Part shown: positions 49,472-62,361 of the stretch, piece after piece | Layout: every line of letters starts with the position of its first letter | How positions within the stretch are numbered: the first letter of the stretch is position 1 | Assembly: GCF_037042905.1 (NCBI RefSeq) | Contig: NC_087252.1 | Span: forward strand, 14,013,872-14,077,871 | From: Lytechinus pictus | Lineage: Eukaryota | DNA length: 64,000 bases | Reading direction: 5' to 3' | The notes under the pieces: model-generated | What the model saw: the letters and a program-made list of their open reading frames with translations, nothing else | Told to the model about the DNA's origin: nothing | The model's database searches: none | Translations under genes and position numbers: made by a program

Positions 49472-50535
49472 CAGGCGCGGATCCAGGAGGGGGCCGAGCC
49501 GGCCCCGGCCCCCCCTATTTTTTGACAACCTGCAGAAAAAGTGTACTATAGGAAAAACACTAAAGAAAGGTAGGAAAGAGGTATCATACCCAGGATGTGT
49601 AATTTACAACCTCGTAACGGCCGGCCCGACCCCGAAAGGAAACAAGAAAAGGGTAAGGGGAAGAATTGGAAAAAGAACTTTATATAAAAAATTTCGCTTG
49701 CGCTTCGCGCTCGCATTGCCTGTGCCAATGAATCCCATTCAAGAGGATTAAATGACACTTATATATCCAGATCTGAAATCAATTTGCACACAATATTTTA
49801 GCTCGCACATCAAGCTTTAATTATTTTGTTTGTTTTACACAAATTGTTTATATCAAAATTTTCAGCTCGCGCTGTGCGCTCGCAATGTTTGATTTGTGAG
49901 TTACCTATCCTCTTTGGAAATTCTTACCAAAATTTGTCAAAATGCTCCTTTATCATGTCAGTATATGAAAAAATTGAGCTTGTGCTTCGCGCTCGCATTT
50001 CATTGTTTGAGACACACAGCTTTTTCTGTATTTAAATAAAAACGCGCTTAGACTGTCCAGTTTTCAGGTCGGAATATCAAAAATTTTGAGCTCGCGCTTC
50101 GCACTCTCATTGTTTAATTGGTGATACTTGTATCCTCTTCATTAATCACTAAACACAGTCCTAATTGAGTCCCTTTTCACGTTACTATGATAACATTTCG
50201 GCTCGCGCTCGCATTGTTTAGTTGGATACTTATCTTTTTCATGATTATAAAATCTCCTCAGAATCTTCAGGTCTAAGGACATAAAATATCAAAGAATTTG
50301 AGCTCGCGCTTCGCGCTCGCATTATATATTAAGACCACATGAGATACCTTATCTTGTTTATAACAATAAAAACTAACATATACTTAAAACTTCAGTCTCT
50401 AGTTAGGACTACCCCCTGAACCCCCCCCCCCCCAAAAAAAAAAAAAAAAAATCAGATTATAGCGGCCAATCGAGAAAAATGTTGATGAAAATATTTTTCG
50501 GCCCCCCCTATTGGCGAAAGCTGGATCCGCCCCTG
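49472..50535. mobile_element. 1.06-kb non-autonomous DNA element with internal GCTCGCGCTTCGCGCTCGCATT subrepeats
   Basis: CAGGCGCGGATCCAG...CTGGATCCGCCCCTG, 5-bp direct repeat TTATC. Related fragments at 1-1100 and 15723-18250. Confidence 0.8.
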
Positions 50536-50936
50536 TTATCAGAGAAATTATTATATAAACTTATCAAACCGATTTCCTAGAGGTCTATATATAGTTCCGT
50601 TGTGAATATTCAAAGGTGAAGATGATGAATACATAAAATGGCTCCTGGGGGTACACACACACACATCTTGCCCCCCCCCCCCCCCCTCCTCCGCAAACAA
50701 ACGCACACACACGTACGAACACCCAGTATTAACAGCTATCATTTTCGTTCTTCATAACACTCGTGAACATGGTGAATAAAAATATTCCGTTGAAGCACAG
50801 ATCAGTTGTGGTTGTTCTGGATGAGTTAACAGTTGTAGTTTATTCATAGGCGACTTTGAAGTTTTCAAGGATAGCAACTTTAAAACTCATGATATTGAAA
50901 GCGACGAGTTGTTTTCCGCTAAAAGCAAAAGTCTTA

Positions 50937-51131
50937 GGGCCTTTACACACGTGAATCTTGAATCATCATTGTAATGATCATTGCTATTGTAATCGTGACT
51001 GTGATTAGCGTTCGTTATTCCAATCATGTTCTAGTTTGGTTTCATACGTGTTAATTATTCGTCATTAGCCTTATTTTTCACTGGAATCATCATTCATATT
51101 ACGATTTTTTGTTTCCCGTGTGAAAGGGCGG
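50937..51131. mobile_element. Tourist-like MITE with TTA TSD
   Basis: Imperfect TIR; the empty site is visible in the duplicated segment at about 51560. Confidence 0.8.
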
Positions 51132-51914
51132 TTAGTGAATTCGAAATAAACTCAATCTTCTACAAATTCAATGGTCTACAATTATAAATGAAGTTCTACG
51201 AATCTTAATGAGATCTTTCTCGGGGTGTGAATTAGTCAATTTGAAATAAACACAATCTTCTACAAATGCAATGATCTATATGACTAAACTTTCAAGAAAG
51301 AGATCTTTCTCGGAATGGGTCGACATCTGTAGGGGGAAACAGCAATCGAATCTACTTTCTGCTATTTTGAAATATGCAAGTGAAGCCCGCCCAAAAAAAA
51401 TAATATACCGCGCCTGACTTTACAAGATGTCAACCAAGAACTTTTTTGTAATCGAGGAAGAGGCCAACAGGGGAGTGTTTCATCAACATTCGTGTCTAAC
51501 AAGTTGTCAGATTCAGGTAACAATTGAAAGTGACGAGTTATTTTCCGCTAAAAGCAAATGTCTTAGTGAATTCGAAATAAACTCAATCTTATACAAATCC
51601 AATGGTCTACATGTATAAATGAAGTTCTATTATTTCTTAAAGAGATCTTTCTCGGGGTGTGATTTAGTCAATTCGAAATAAACATAATCTTCTACAAATG
51701 CAATGATCTATATGACTAAGCTTCTACGATTCTTAAAGAGATCTTTCTCGGAATGGGTCGACATCTGTAAGGGGAAACGGCAATCGAATCTACTTTCTAC
51801 TATTTTGAAATATGCAAGTGAAGCCCGCCCCCCCCAAAAAAATATACCGCGCCTGACTTTACAAGATGTCAACCAAGAACATTTTTCTTTAGGAATCTAG
51901 GAAGAGGCCAACAG

Positions 51915-52073
51915 GGGGAGTGTTTCATCAGCATTCGTTGTCTAACAAGTTGTCAGATCTGACAACTTTCCTTGAATATGATTGGCTAATAAGGATTCTT
52001 ACTATGGTAACTGTTGGATAACACAGAGTTTGTCGGACAAAAGGTCCGACAAATCCTTCATGAAACGCTCCCC
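51915..52073. mobile_element. Harbinger-like MITE ending 73 bp upstream of the GPCR ATG
   Basis: TIR GGAGTGTTTCAT / ATGAAACGCTCC, TSD CAG. Confidence 0.85.
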
Positions 52074-52146
52074 CAGATCGTCCAGTTGGGGAATTTTAAG
52101 AGAATACTTTGCTTTCCTGATCGGAGATTTTGATGATCGGAGAGAT

Positions 52147-53106
52147 ATGGCACTTACGACCCAGTCCTGTTTAAGCTGTATCTTGAATGTTTCTGATGAC
52201 TCGTGTACGCCATCTCTTTTAACATCTTCTTTCTTTATTTTATGTGGCATCGTAACAACAATCTCTAATATCATAAACCTTCTTGCTCTCAAGTTCACAA
52301 AGCAATGCTTCAGCGAGAATACGCGGATCAGCTTCCAAGTCGTAGCAATCGTCGATTTCTCTGTCGGTTTATTTTGTTGTACTTTCCATTCAATCAGGTT
52401 TTCAGGGATACCAATTACCACGCTGCGTTCTTTCGATATCATCGGAGTGTCTGTCTGCTCCACGCTATTTAATCAATCGGTCATGATCCTTTCTTGTATC
52501 AGTATCGATCGATATATCGCCGTCACAAGACCATTGCGATACAATGCGATAATGACACACGATCGGATGAAGTTACTTCTAGTTTCCGGAATCCTCATAG
52601 GAACGATAACTTCCTCTTCAAGTTTGCTCCACAAGGCACTAACCGGGATCGATGACGTCATTTTTGCGTCGGCAGACATAGCATCGAATCCGATCCACAT
52701 CGTATATTTCATACCCATTGTTACGTCAGCAATTGTGACGGCATTTTGCAATATTGCGATGATGCGCGTCGCCAGAAGACACCGGCGGGTGATAGCGACT
52801 CAAGTCCTTCGGACGCAACCTCATCAAGAACCCGATCAACCAATGAGCGATGAAAGAGCTTCGTATAGAAACAAAGACGTCAGGACAGTTCTTGCCGTTA
52901 CGGGTGCATTTTATATCACGTGGGGTGCTGCGGTCTTTTCAAGCATTGTGAGCGCCTTGACTGGAATTCGAATCCCTTGTATCGCTAGAAATCTCATTCT
53001 CGTACTGACCATCAGTAACAGTTTCTGGAACGTGTTGATATACCTCCTGATGAAACCGTTATTCCGCCGTACCGTTTCAGAAATGTTCCGCAGATGGAGG
53101 CGTTGA
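52147..53106 (+). CDS. Intronless rhodopsin-family (class A) GPCR, 319 aa, divergent orphan or chemoreceptor-like
   Basis: Seven hydrophobic segments; TM1 SN, TM2 VAIVDF, TM3 SIDRYIAVTRPLRY, TM6 FYITW, TM7 NSFWNVLIY, helix 8 FRR. First ATG is at 52147; the ORF-track extension from 51982 starts inside a MITE. Confidence 0.92.
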   Translation: MALTTQSCLSCILNVSDDSCTPSLLTSSFFILCGIVTTISNIINLLALKFTKQCFSENTRISFQVVAIVDFSVGLFCCTFHSIRFSGIPITTLRSFDIIGVSVCSTLFNQSVMILSCISIDRYIAVTRPLRYNAIMTHDRMKLLLVSGILIGTITSSSSLLHKALTGIDDVIFASADIASNPIHIVYFIPIVTSAIVTAFCNIAMMRVARRHRRVIATQVLRTQPHQEPDQPMSDERASYRNKDVRTVLAVTGAFYITWGAAVFSSIVSALTGIRIPCIARNLILVLTISNSFWNVLIYLLMKPLFRRTVSEMFRRWRR

Positions 53107-53589
53107 TATCATCATCACATCACATTAACAAGAAACCGGTTTACATCAAGTTGACCGAGAGTTGGCCAACCATTTATCACACAAAAGACATACATGTACC
53201 GGTCGTTCAATAACGCAAAAAGGGTGGATGGGACAGGTTAAAGGTGAAAGTTATAGAATATCAAATTCAACAACTTTCTTTAATTTCAGACTTCAAAATA
53301 TTAGCAATTTATGAGGCTAACTGACCATGATGCCAGATGTCATTTTTGTGAAATTCAAATGTAAGTTAAGAGCGACTTTAAGAACGACTGGTGAACCTTT
53401 CTTACGCACTAAACCATCGCCAATGATGTATACCATTTACCAAAAGAAAGGATCACCAGTCGTTCTTATAGTCGCTCTTAACTTACGAACAGCTTTATGA
53501 AACACCCACTAGAACCAGGAAGTCTATGTTGAAAATTGGTGAACAAAACCAGCAGTTTCCTCCTAGACTATGGACAAACGACATATCAG

Positions 53590-54027
53590 GGGCCAGTCTT
53601 ACAAAGAGTTGCTATTGATCTGGGGAGCGTTTCATGAAAGGACTTGTCGGACGTTTTATCCGACAAGTCCCACTTTATCCGACAGTTACCATAGTAACAG
53701 TACCTCTCAGCCAATCAACATCAGAGAAAGATGTCAGATCTGACAACTTGTCGGATGAAAATGTTGATGAAACACTCCCCTGATCTATCGCAACTATGGA
53801 AAGCCAGCAACGTCAACATCTAAAATACATGTTTGTTCAAAATAATTACTAGAAATGATGTACAATTATATATCCATACATTATCTGTTTTCTTGACAAT
53901 TCATTATGCTTCTTTTTGTTTTCAAAGGACATCAAACAAATCTCTGAAAGAAAAAATGATGACATTGTTGGATTTCCATAGAGTTATGATTGATCAGATC
54001 AATCGTAACTCTTTGTAAGACGGGGCC
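53590..54027. mobile_element. Harbinger-like MITE containing a nested MITE (53623-53779, TSD CTG)
   Basis: TIR GTCTTACAAAGAGTT; the inner element has an exact CTG duplication. Confidence 0.85.
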
Positions 54028-54722
54028 CTGGAATTTTTCGTCAGCTCTTAAACTTAAGACAAAACTGTTGTTCTGGTTCACCAATTTTCGACAAAGACCT
54101 TCCAGCTGTCCTTTGTCATTTGATTGCATTTCCAATTGTGTTCTTATATCCGTCCCCATTGCTGTTACGAAAACTCCCTATTGTAATGCCACATCTATGA
54201 TATGGTCGTGTTTGGCTCTTCATTTAATTATACAGGTGAAAAGATATTTTTCACACTAATGACAAAATGGTCAGTTTTCACTCAACCGTATATTATGAAC
54301 ATTTATTCTCATCCAATAAATAGTTTTTGAGCATTTAGTTCTATCTCAGATCATCTCTTTAAATGTAATCTTGATAAACTTTTCAAGTGCATTTAAAAAA
54401 ATATGTACCGCATAATGTCTTTAATGAATAACCAATGTGATAATAGTATGATATATCATGATGTAGACTGTCATCCGAAGATAATTGTCGAAGATTTTCT
54501 AATATACACGTGGATGACAAAGGCTCATGACCGATAATCATGATATTTTCTCATAAATTTGAGATTTTTCGATGTTCAAGGGGGCTGATTAAACACATAC
54601 TGAGGGAAACTAAGGTCTTGTCTTACAAAGAGTTGTGATTGATCCAATTTACCTCAACTATATCAAAATCCATGAATGTCACAATTTTTCCTACAGGAAA
54701 GTTGCACAATGTATTTTGTTAA

Positions 54723-55320
54723 AGGTCAAGTCCACCTCAAAAAAATGTTGATTTGAATTGATAGAGAAAAATCAGACAAGCATAATGCTGAAAATTTATC
54801 AAAATCGGATGTAAAATAAGAAAGTTATGACATTTTAAAGTTTCGCTTATTTTTAACAAAATAGTTACATGCACAATTTAGTCACATGCAAATGAGAGAA
54901 TAGAGATGATGTCACTCACTCACTATTTCTTTTTTTTTTTAATGTTTTAAATACAATATTTCAGTTTTTACAGATTTGACAATAAGGACCAACTTGACTG
55001 AACAATAAAATGTTAATCAATGGTAATTCCGCATGTCCAGGGAGAAATAAAACTTTGTTCCACAGGACAATGCGGAAAATAGTAGAATATACCGTATTTC
55101 ATATAACGAAATACAAAAGAAATTGTGAGTGATGTCATGATCAGTTCCCTCATTTGCATACCAACCGGTATGTGCATATAACTGTTTCGTGAAATTAGGC
55201 GAAACTTTAAAATATCATAACTTTCTTATTTTACACCCGATTTTGATGAAATTTTTAGTGTTACGCTAGTTGGATTTTTCTTTTTATTCAAATCCACTTG
55301 TTTGGGGGTGGACTTCTCCT
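54723..55320. mobile_element. Kolobok-like element nested in a Harbinger-like MITE (about 54614-55456)
   Basis: TTAA|AGGTCAAGTCCACC...GGTGGACTTCTCCT|TTAA. Confidence 0.8.
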
Positions 55321-57064
55321 TTAAAACAATGAGGGGCACAAAATTGTCAAGACAACAATGAATACAAGTATATACAACACATCTATGGAACACTTTTAAG
55401 ATGCACGTTGATTGGTTGATTGGGTCGATCGCAACTCTTTGTAAGACATGGCCCTGGTTCATTTGACTTGATCAAAATTACCCTCCCTGTCCTTTAAGAT
55501 AGATTTGACTGAATGTAAATTTCAATCTTTCTCTCTCTCTCTCATTCACTTCTGCTTTATAGACCAGGGCCACGTCTTACAAAGAGTTACGTTTTATCCA
55601 ATTAATCGTAACTTAATGGAAATCCATCAGTGTCTTTTTTTTCTACAGGAAATTTGCAAAATGTCCTTTGTAAACAGAGAACACACTAAATTGTCAAGAA
55701 ATCAATGAATTTATGGATATACATTCATATCTAGAATTCTTTTAAACAAACATGCATTTTATATTGTTGACTTTGCTGGCTTTCCTTAGTTGTGATTGAT
55801 TGGATCAATCGCAACTCTTTGTAAGACAGGGCCTAGATAGCAGCTAATGACAAAATATTATAACAGCTGCATTACAAAAACTTGCACAACATACATGACG
55901 TAATGTGATGTCAGAGGCTCAGAGCATTAATCAACTTGTCAAAGCACTATGATTTACCAGAGTGCTGATTTGTCAGAGCTTTGAAAAGCCTTCAATTGGC
56001 ATAACCCAAATAAATCACCAACTAAAGTCACAAACGCTACATTGTGAATGTTCTGCCTGCCATTAGGGATGGTTGAATTCTGAACAATGAAGAGCTTGCT
56101 CGAATAGCAAGATCAACAATCAGCGTTGCCCTAATTGTAATATGTGGCATATTTGCTGAATCTATAAATAGTACAGTTTACTGAATATGACTTTTCAATA
56201 TGTCTGAATGATGCTAAATGCAGACATGGAAGTGGGCATATTTAGTTATTCAAAATAAAATGAGATTTAAATGGTGAGGTAATAGCAATATTCCAATTTT
56301 AAATGCAGTGTTCATCACATCAGATATTGGGTACAAAACAAACAGAAATTGTCCACAAATTAGCCATTTTGAAGCATGCTGAACGAATTTGAGGATCCCT
56401 ACAGAAAGTGTTGGGAGATTTTCAAACTTCAATAACTCCATTTTTATAACCAAGTTTGATAAAACTTGTTTTTAACTGTTCCTCTCTTTCCAATAAAATT
56501 GATTCTCTTTTGAATTTGGTTAATTGCAACGGGTATACCCCCAATTAAAATAGGTTTAATTCAACTTTTAATATGTTTTGGATTCCATATAGAGTCAAAG
56601 TCTGCCCCCCCCCAAACACATACACACCAATCTTCACACACACCCACACACTCAACTGGTGGACCATACATGATGCAGTAACTATTGACGACAGTGAGGT
56701 ATCAACTTTCCCCATGAAAACACACAAAAACCTTCCTTCAACACCAGTCTGCCCTTCCTCCCTAGAAAGAATTGATAAAAACGAAAACTAAATAAATACC
56801 CGGTACATACATAAATTGATATATTGATGAATGAATGAGAATGAATGAGTGAGTAAGTGAATGAATGAATGAATGACTAAATCAAGCAATCAATACTTTG
56901 GCCCGTATTTTGAAATCTGGTTTAACTTAGACTATGGTCTATCTGTGCTAAAATTATGAGAAGCCAAACATTTCAAAATTATGGTCATTTTGCTCTTAAC
57001 AAATTCTTTAAAAGTGAAGGCAATTACAGTACATGTATCTTATTCATCCATCCCAAACAGTTAA

Positions 57065-58369
57065 AGGTAAGTCCACCCCAGGAAAATGATGACTTGAATA
57101 AATAGAGAAAAATCAAACTAGCATAGTGCTGAAATTTTCATCAATATCAGATGTAAAATAAGAAAGTTATTTTAAAGTTTCGCATATTTTTCACAAAACA
57201 GTGATATGCACAACTAGGTGAGTCAGTCGATGATGTCCATCACTCACTATTTCTTTTGTTTTTTATTGTTTGAATTATACAATATTTCATTTTTTATACA
57301 TTTGACAATAAGGACCAAGTGGACTGAACCATATAGTATTAACCCTATCTAGGCCGGGGTATTTTGGGAGTTCATATGGCCGGGGGGGGCCTCCCAGGCC
57401 CCCCCTTGAGATCTCGGCCGTCGACCGCGCGATCGCGCCGAAAATTGGCACGCAGGTTATCTGGGATATAATCTACAAAATTGTATAGTACCGGTAATCT
57501 ATTTCATGCGAATTCATGCATTATTCTAACTCCATAAATAAAGCTCCAAATGTTCTAGTTTTTGGCATAGAAACTCTTTGTGGTGTTCTTAGCAAGTTTA
57601 CATGAAAAAAAATTGTGATATCAGATCAATTTCTTATGTATTATATTGTTTTTTGCAATTTCTTATGTATTTCTCTGTTTTTTGGACCCTTTGTTTTTCA
57701 TTGTTTTTTCAATGAAATTCGTTGGGGACTCTTCTAAGATCATAAACAGCATAAAATACATACATTTAGACCAGCAAAACTAAAAATAATCATACATTTA
57801 TGATTTTTGGTTGAAAACACAGTTTACATCGACTTTGTACACGAAATCACGTTTTTGAGCAATTTTTGGTCTGACATGCACTTACATAACGTTGCGTAAT
57901 TTCGGAACCGCGTACCCGGGTGACACAAAATTGGTCTCAAAAGTTGCGCAAGACTTGAAAGTAAAAAGTCAGCGAGCATCGCAGTCAAAAAAATTTGCGC
58001 GGTGAAAATATTGCGCGACTCATTGAGGGGGGGGCCTCGGAGGCCCCCCCCCCCCCTGGCCTAGATAGGGTTAAACAATGCTAATTCCACATGTTCAGGG
58101 AGGAATTAATCATTGTATCACTTGACAATGAGAAAATTAGAATATTTCATATAATAAAATACAAAAGAAATAGTGAGTGGATGACGTCATAGTCTCCTCA
58201 TTTGCATACCAGCCAGGATATGCGTGTAACTGGTTTTAAATTAAGCGAAACTTCAAAATGTCATAACTTTCTTATTTTACATCCGATTTTGATGAAATAT
58301 TCAGTGTTATGCTTGTTCGATTTTCTCTTTTTATTCAAATCAACATTTTTGTTCGGGTGGACTTGTCCT
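57065..58369. mobile_element. Kolobok-like element carrying a nested piggyBac-like MITE (57343-58070)
   Basis: Outer TTAA|AGG...CCT|TTAA; inner TTAA|CCCTATCTAGGCC...GGCCTAGATAGGG|TTAA. Confidence 0.85.
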
Positions 58370-59576
58370 TTAACAATGATTTGAGAGTAAATGAGCTGAT
58401 TCAGCGAGCCTCTACCATTAGAGATTTATGTCATTATTGAATATCCATAGTTATACCACATGAACTAAATTGAACCAGAGAATACAGGCCTTTGGGTTCA
58501 AAAGATGGAAAAGCTTGGTAGTGATTGAAATCCAAATCCAATTCTAGTTTTAAAAAGAAGAGCAACTGTTTGAATGTTGTTTGATGCCACATTTAATGAG
58601 AGCCAGTCAGCAAATACAAAGTATCAGAATAAAACATTTTTGTATTCAACAAAAAATATCCTTGTCAACCAAAACACCAATGTCTAATTGCTATTCTTCA
58701 TACTCCTCTTTGGCTTTATGAAGAAAAATAATTATCTCACTCTGATTTACAGCTAATCAAGCAAAATAACTTTTGTAATTTGATCTGATTTTAAAGTTTA
58801 ATAGGCCGAGTCCAAAAGATGTAGTTACAGTACATTATACGGTGTCAGATTTTGGCTTGATTTTAAAATTAAATTGCGCCAAGTCCCAATGATAAAGTTC
58901 ATCATCATGATCATCATCATCTGCTATAATGTTCAAAGGGCTCACCATCATCTTGAAGATGAGTTGCATGTATATATTACACAGATTTTGATTGCTTTTC
59001 ATAACAAAGTCCGGTATCACCGAATTGTAATCTATGTTATATAAAATCTCATGACAGACTTTGAAGTATCCCGCTACAAGCCTGCATACCTCATAATCAA
59101 GTAATAATGGATAATATCAGGATGATTTTACATATAATATTAATAGAAAATTAAACATAAAAAATTGCTGCATTGCTAGACTTTTGAAATGCCTACAGTT
59201 TGGAACTAAGTCACAAGGGCTAGCCCTTCATACAAGCATTCTTGTCAAGCCCTTTTTCCTCTTTTCTTATACTTATCGTTGCCAAAGCCGATTCTTTTTT
59301 GTTTCTTCTTTATATTTATGAATTATTATGACCGGCAGGCTTTATGATATATTTGACTTTCTAATGTTATTTTGTTTGTACTCTATGACCAGAAATAAAA
59401 ACAAAATTAAATCTTAAATCTCAATCGGAAAGTCTGAATTAATATGAGAACGTTCACGAGTGAAACTTGATCGCTATACTAGTTGAATCACTGAAATAAG
59501 CAAATGATTTACTTGTGGTTACAGGTGACTGCCTCGGTTGAAATTATTCAAACCACAGAAGTCTGTTGACTTAGAT

Positions 59577-60383
59577 CAGCGCTTCTCAAACGGTGGGCCG
59601 CGGCCCACTGGTGGGCCGCGAAGCTCTCCCAGGTGGGCCGCGAGAAGCTCCAAAGGAAGAAAACAAATGGGGGAAAAACTATAGTATGTTTCACAGACCT
59701 GAACCTGTCCGACAGCACAAATATGTTATGTTTGATCGGTCTATGTGGGTCAAACAAAGCTAAAGCATGCTTTATGCATGTTGCAATATGCATACAGATT
59801 GTGATGGTCTCGATCTAACTTTGATGTGAACCTTATCATGTATGCATATTGTATATAATTTAGTTAATTGTCGTCCTTTTACCGGACCTTTGGGGATGCA
59901 GTTATTTTTTTAACTGTTTGTTTCGAACGTGCTTCAGGGCTTTGTGTTCAAAATTTACGAAAACACATTTTCATCAAAATTGACCTTTTTTAAGGCGATA
60001 TAAAAATGGCGAGGGAGGAAACAAATTGAAAAATCTCTTAATGTAACTGTAAGAAAATATGACCCTGAATATATTAAATTTGAATTCATCATGCCTGGCA
60101 GTCATGCAAAGCCATATTAAAACAATGTGTGTCGAATGTTGTAGGTATTCATCATTCTTGTTATTAAGTTGTTATGTTGTCATGGTTGGATTATTTTTGG
60201 AGGAGGGGCTCAAAGGCCGGGCTACTGGATTTCATACGCACTTATATGCTCATTATAATCATTGTCTATCTTTGAGTTGAGACAAGTAGTCATATCGCTA
60301 TCTTAAAATTTTGGTAGGTGGGCCTTGAAAAAAAATCTGAGAGTCAAAGTGGTCCTCGAGTAAAAAAAGGTTGAGAAGCGCTG
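59577..60383. mobile_element. hAT (Charlie-like) non-autonomous element
   Basis: TIR CAGCGCTTCTCAA, exact 8-bp TSD ACTTAGAT. Confidence 0.9.
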
Positions 60384-60612
60384 ACTTAGATCACATTGAA
60401 TTGATTAGATGTAAATGACACGCATATTTTTTCAAGTTGACGTATGCAGAATCTACTGGGTTTTTTTGAGTGAAACAAGTTCACAATATTTTGTATCATA
60501 TACAAAACCTATAATTGAATAAGTGCCCTATAATATTAAAATGTTAGCGTAACTGATAATTAATTTATAAACAGCAAGTACTGTTCTCCCTCCCCTAAAA
60601 TAATAGTACATT

Positions 60613-60900
60613 CAGGGTTCCCACAGAAATTTGAGAACAGAATTCCACGACTTTTCCATGACTGAATTGCTGCTTTCCATGACTTCCCGTGACATCGCGG
60701 GAGTTATGTAGAATTTGGGATGTCACAAAACTGGGAAAAATGGAAATCAGGAACACCAATTATGATCACAGAGTATGAGAGTTGTGAGACATGACAAACT
60801 GGAAAGCTGCCATAGCCAAGAGGTAAATGCAATTCCATGACTTTTCACAAATTTTCCAAATTCACTGACCACAAAATTTTCCATGACTGTGGGAATCCTG
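60613..60900. mobile_element. Unclassified MITE with 5-bp TSD
   Basis: CAGGGTTCCCACAG...CTGTGGGAATCCTG flanked by ACATT; internal TTCCATGAC subrepeats. Confidence 0.75.
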
Positions 60901-61156
60901 ACATTTCATTTTTTGGATGACAAATGCTCTTAAGACAGCTAACAAACTTATATCATCGATATGACAAAATGGATAGAGCCTGTGGAATAATGCCACAGAC
61001 ATATTGAAGCCAGAGGAGAAGTAATACATGACACAATTAACAGTATATGGGCCACACTAACAAGTGAAAAACATGCAACGAAAGAGACAAAATTGTTTAA
61101 CTTTGTGCACACTTAACCTTCTCTCTGGAGTACTTCAAGTATTTCCTGTGGCTTAA

Positions 61157-61937
61157 CCCTAACTAGGCCGGGCTTTTTTGGCTGTTCTGTGGCCGGGGGG
61201 GGGGGGGGGGGGGTTGATTCAACCCCCCCCCTGAGATCTCAGCCGCCGATCGCGCGAGCGCCGCAAAAATTTGCACGCTGGTAGTGTGCGATGTAATCTA
61301 CAAGGCTGTATGGTAAAATTTTCCAAAATAATGAGATTTCATTTTATATGAATTAATTATGCTAATTTATGCATAAATCATACTTTTTGCTCTACATGTA
61401 ATTCACTAAATAAAGCTCCTAGAATGCAAATTTTTTGTAAAAAATATTCTTTGTAGCATTCTTAACAATGGCAATTGAAAAAAACTTCGGTTTGGAAATC
61501 ATTTTCCTATGTATTTTATTGTTTTATGAATTTCTTATGTATTTCTTTGTTTTTCAACCTTTTGTTTTTCTTTGTTTTCTTCACCAGATTTATTGCACAA
61601 CTTTTTTGAAGCATAATTATGCTAAAATCAATTGCTTTCAGCTGTATAAAGTAAAAATAATAATATCTTTATGAATAAGATGAGAAAACTCAATTTGCAT
61701 TGACTTTGTACACTAAATCACGTTTTGGAACAATTTTTGGTCTGACATGCACTTACAAAATGTTGCGTAATTTCGGAACCGCGTACCCGGGGGTCTTAAA
61801 TTTGGTCTCAAAAGATGCGCGAGACTTAAAAGTATAAACTCTGTGAGTGGCGTGGTCAAAAAATTTCGCGCGGCGGAATGATCGCAGAAAATGTTGAGGG
61901 GGGGGTTGATTCACCCCCCCCCCCGGCCATTTTAGGG
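61157..61937. mobile_element. piggyBac-like non-autonomous element (same family as 57343-58070)
   Basis: TTAA|CCCTAA...TTAGGG|TTAA with shared internal sequence. Confidence 0.85.
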
Positions 61938-62361
61938 TTAAAATAGAGCGAGTTATCGCTCTATCCATCTTTTTTATATCAATGCTACATCTGAGCCATT
62001 GGATGTTGCAAATTCAATCGCCACTTTCAATGTCACAACTGCATTTCCCATGCAAAAAAGAAAGCTCCTCACTGTTTACATGTGGTCATATTCAAACATT
62101 ACATTTGCTTGAAATAAATCTAATAAACAAGAAATCAAATTGAAAAAAATTTATCCAAATCATATGACAAATCTGTAGCTTTAGGTTTCCTCTTGCTAAC
62201 ATTTCTTTGCTTTAGTTCTTTTTTACCCTTTAAACTTTGACCCCCTGACCTCTAACCTTCTGATCAGAAAAAGTGTGTAGCTTTAGGTCTCCTCGGTCAA
62301 ATCTTGCCTTTCTTCCCTGATGACCCTTTGACCCCCCCCCCCCCGATCTCTGACCATGTGA

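Noticed and set aside
51982..52146. 55-aa N-terminal extension of the GPCR ORF
   Set aside because: Starts at a non-ATG codon inside a MITE; the first ATG is at 52147.
52002..52751. Minus-strand ORFs of 153 and 92 aa
   Set aside because: Antisense shadows of the GPCR coding sequence.
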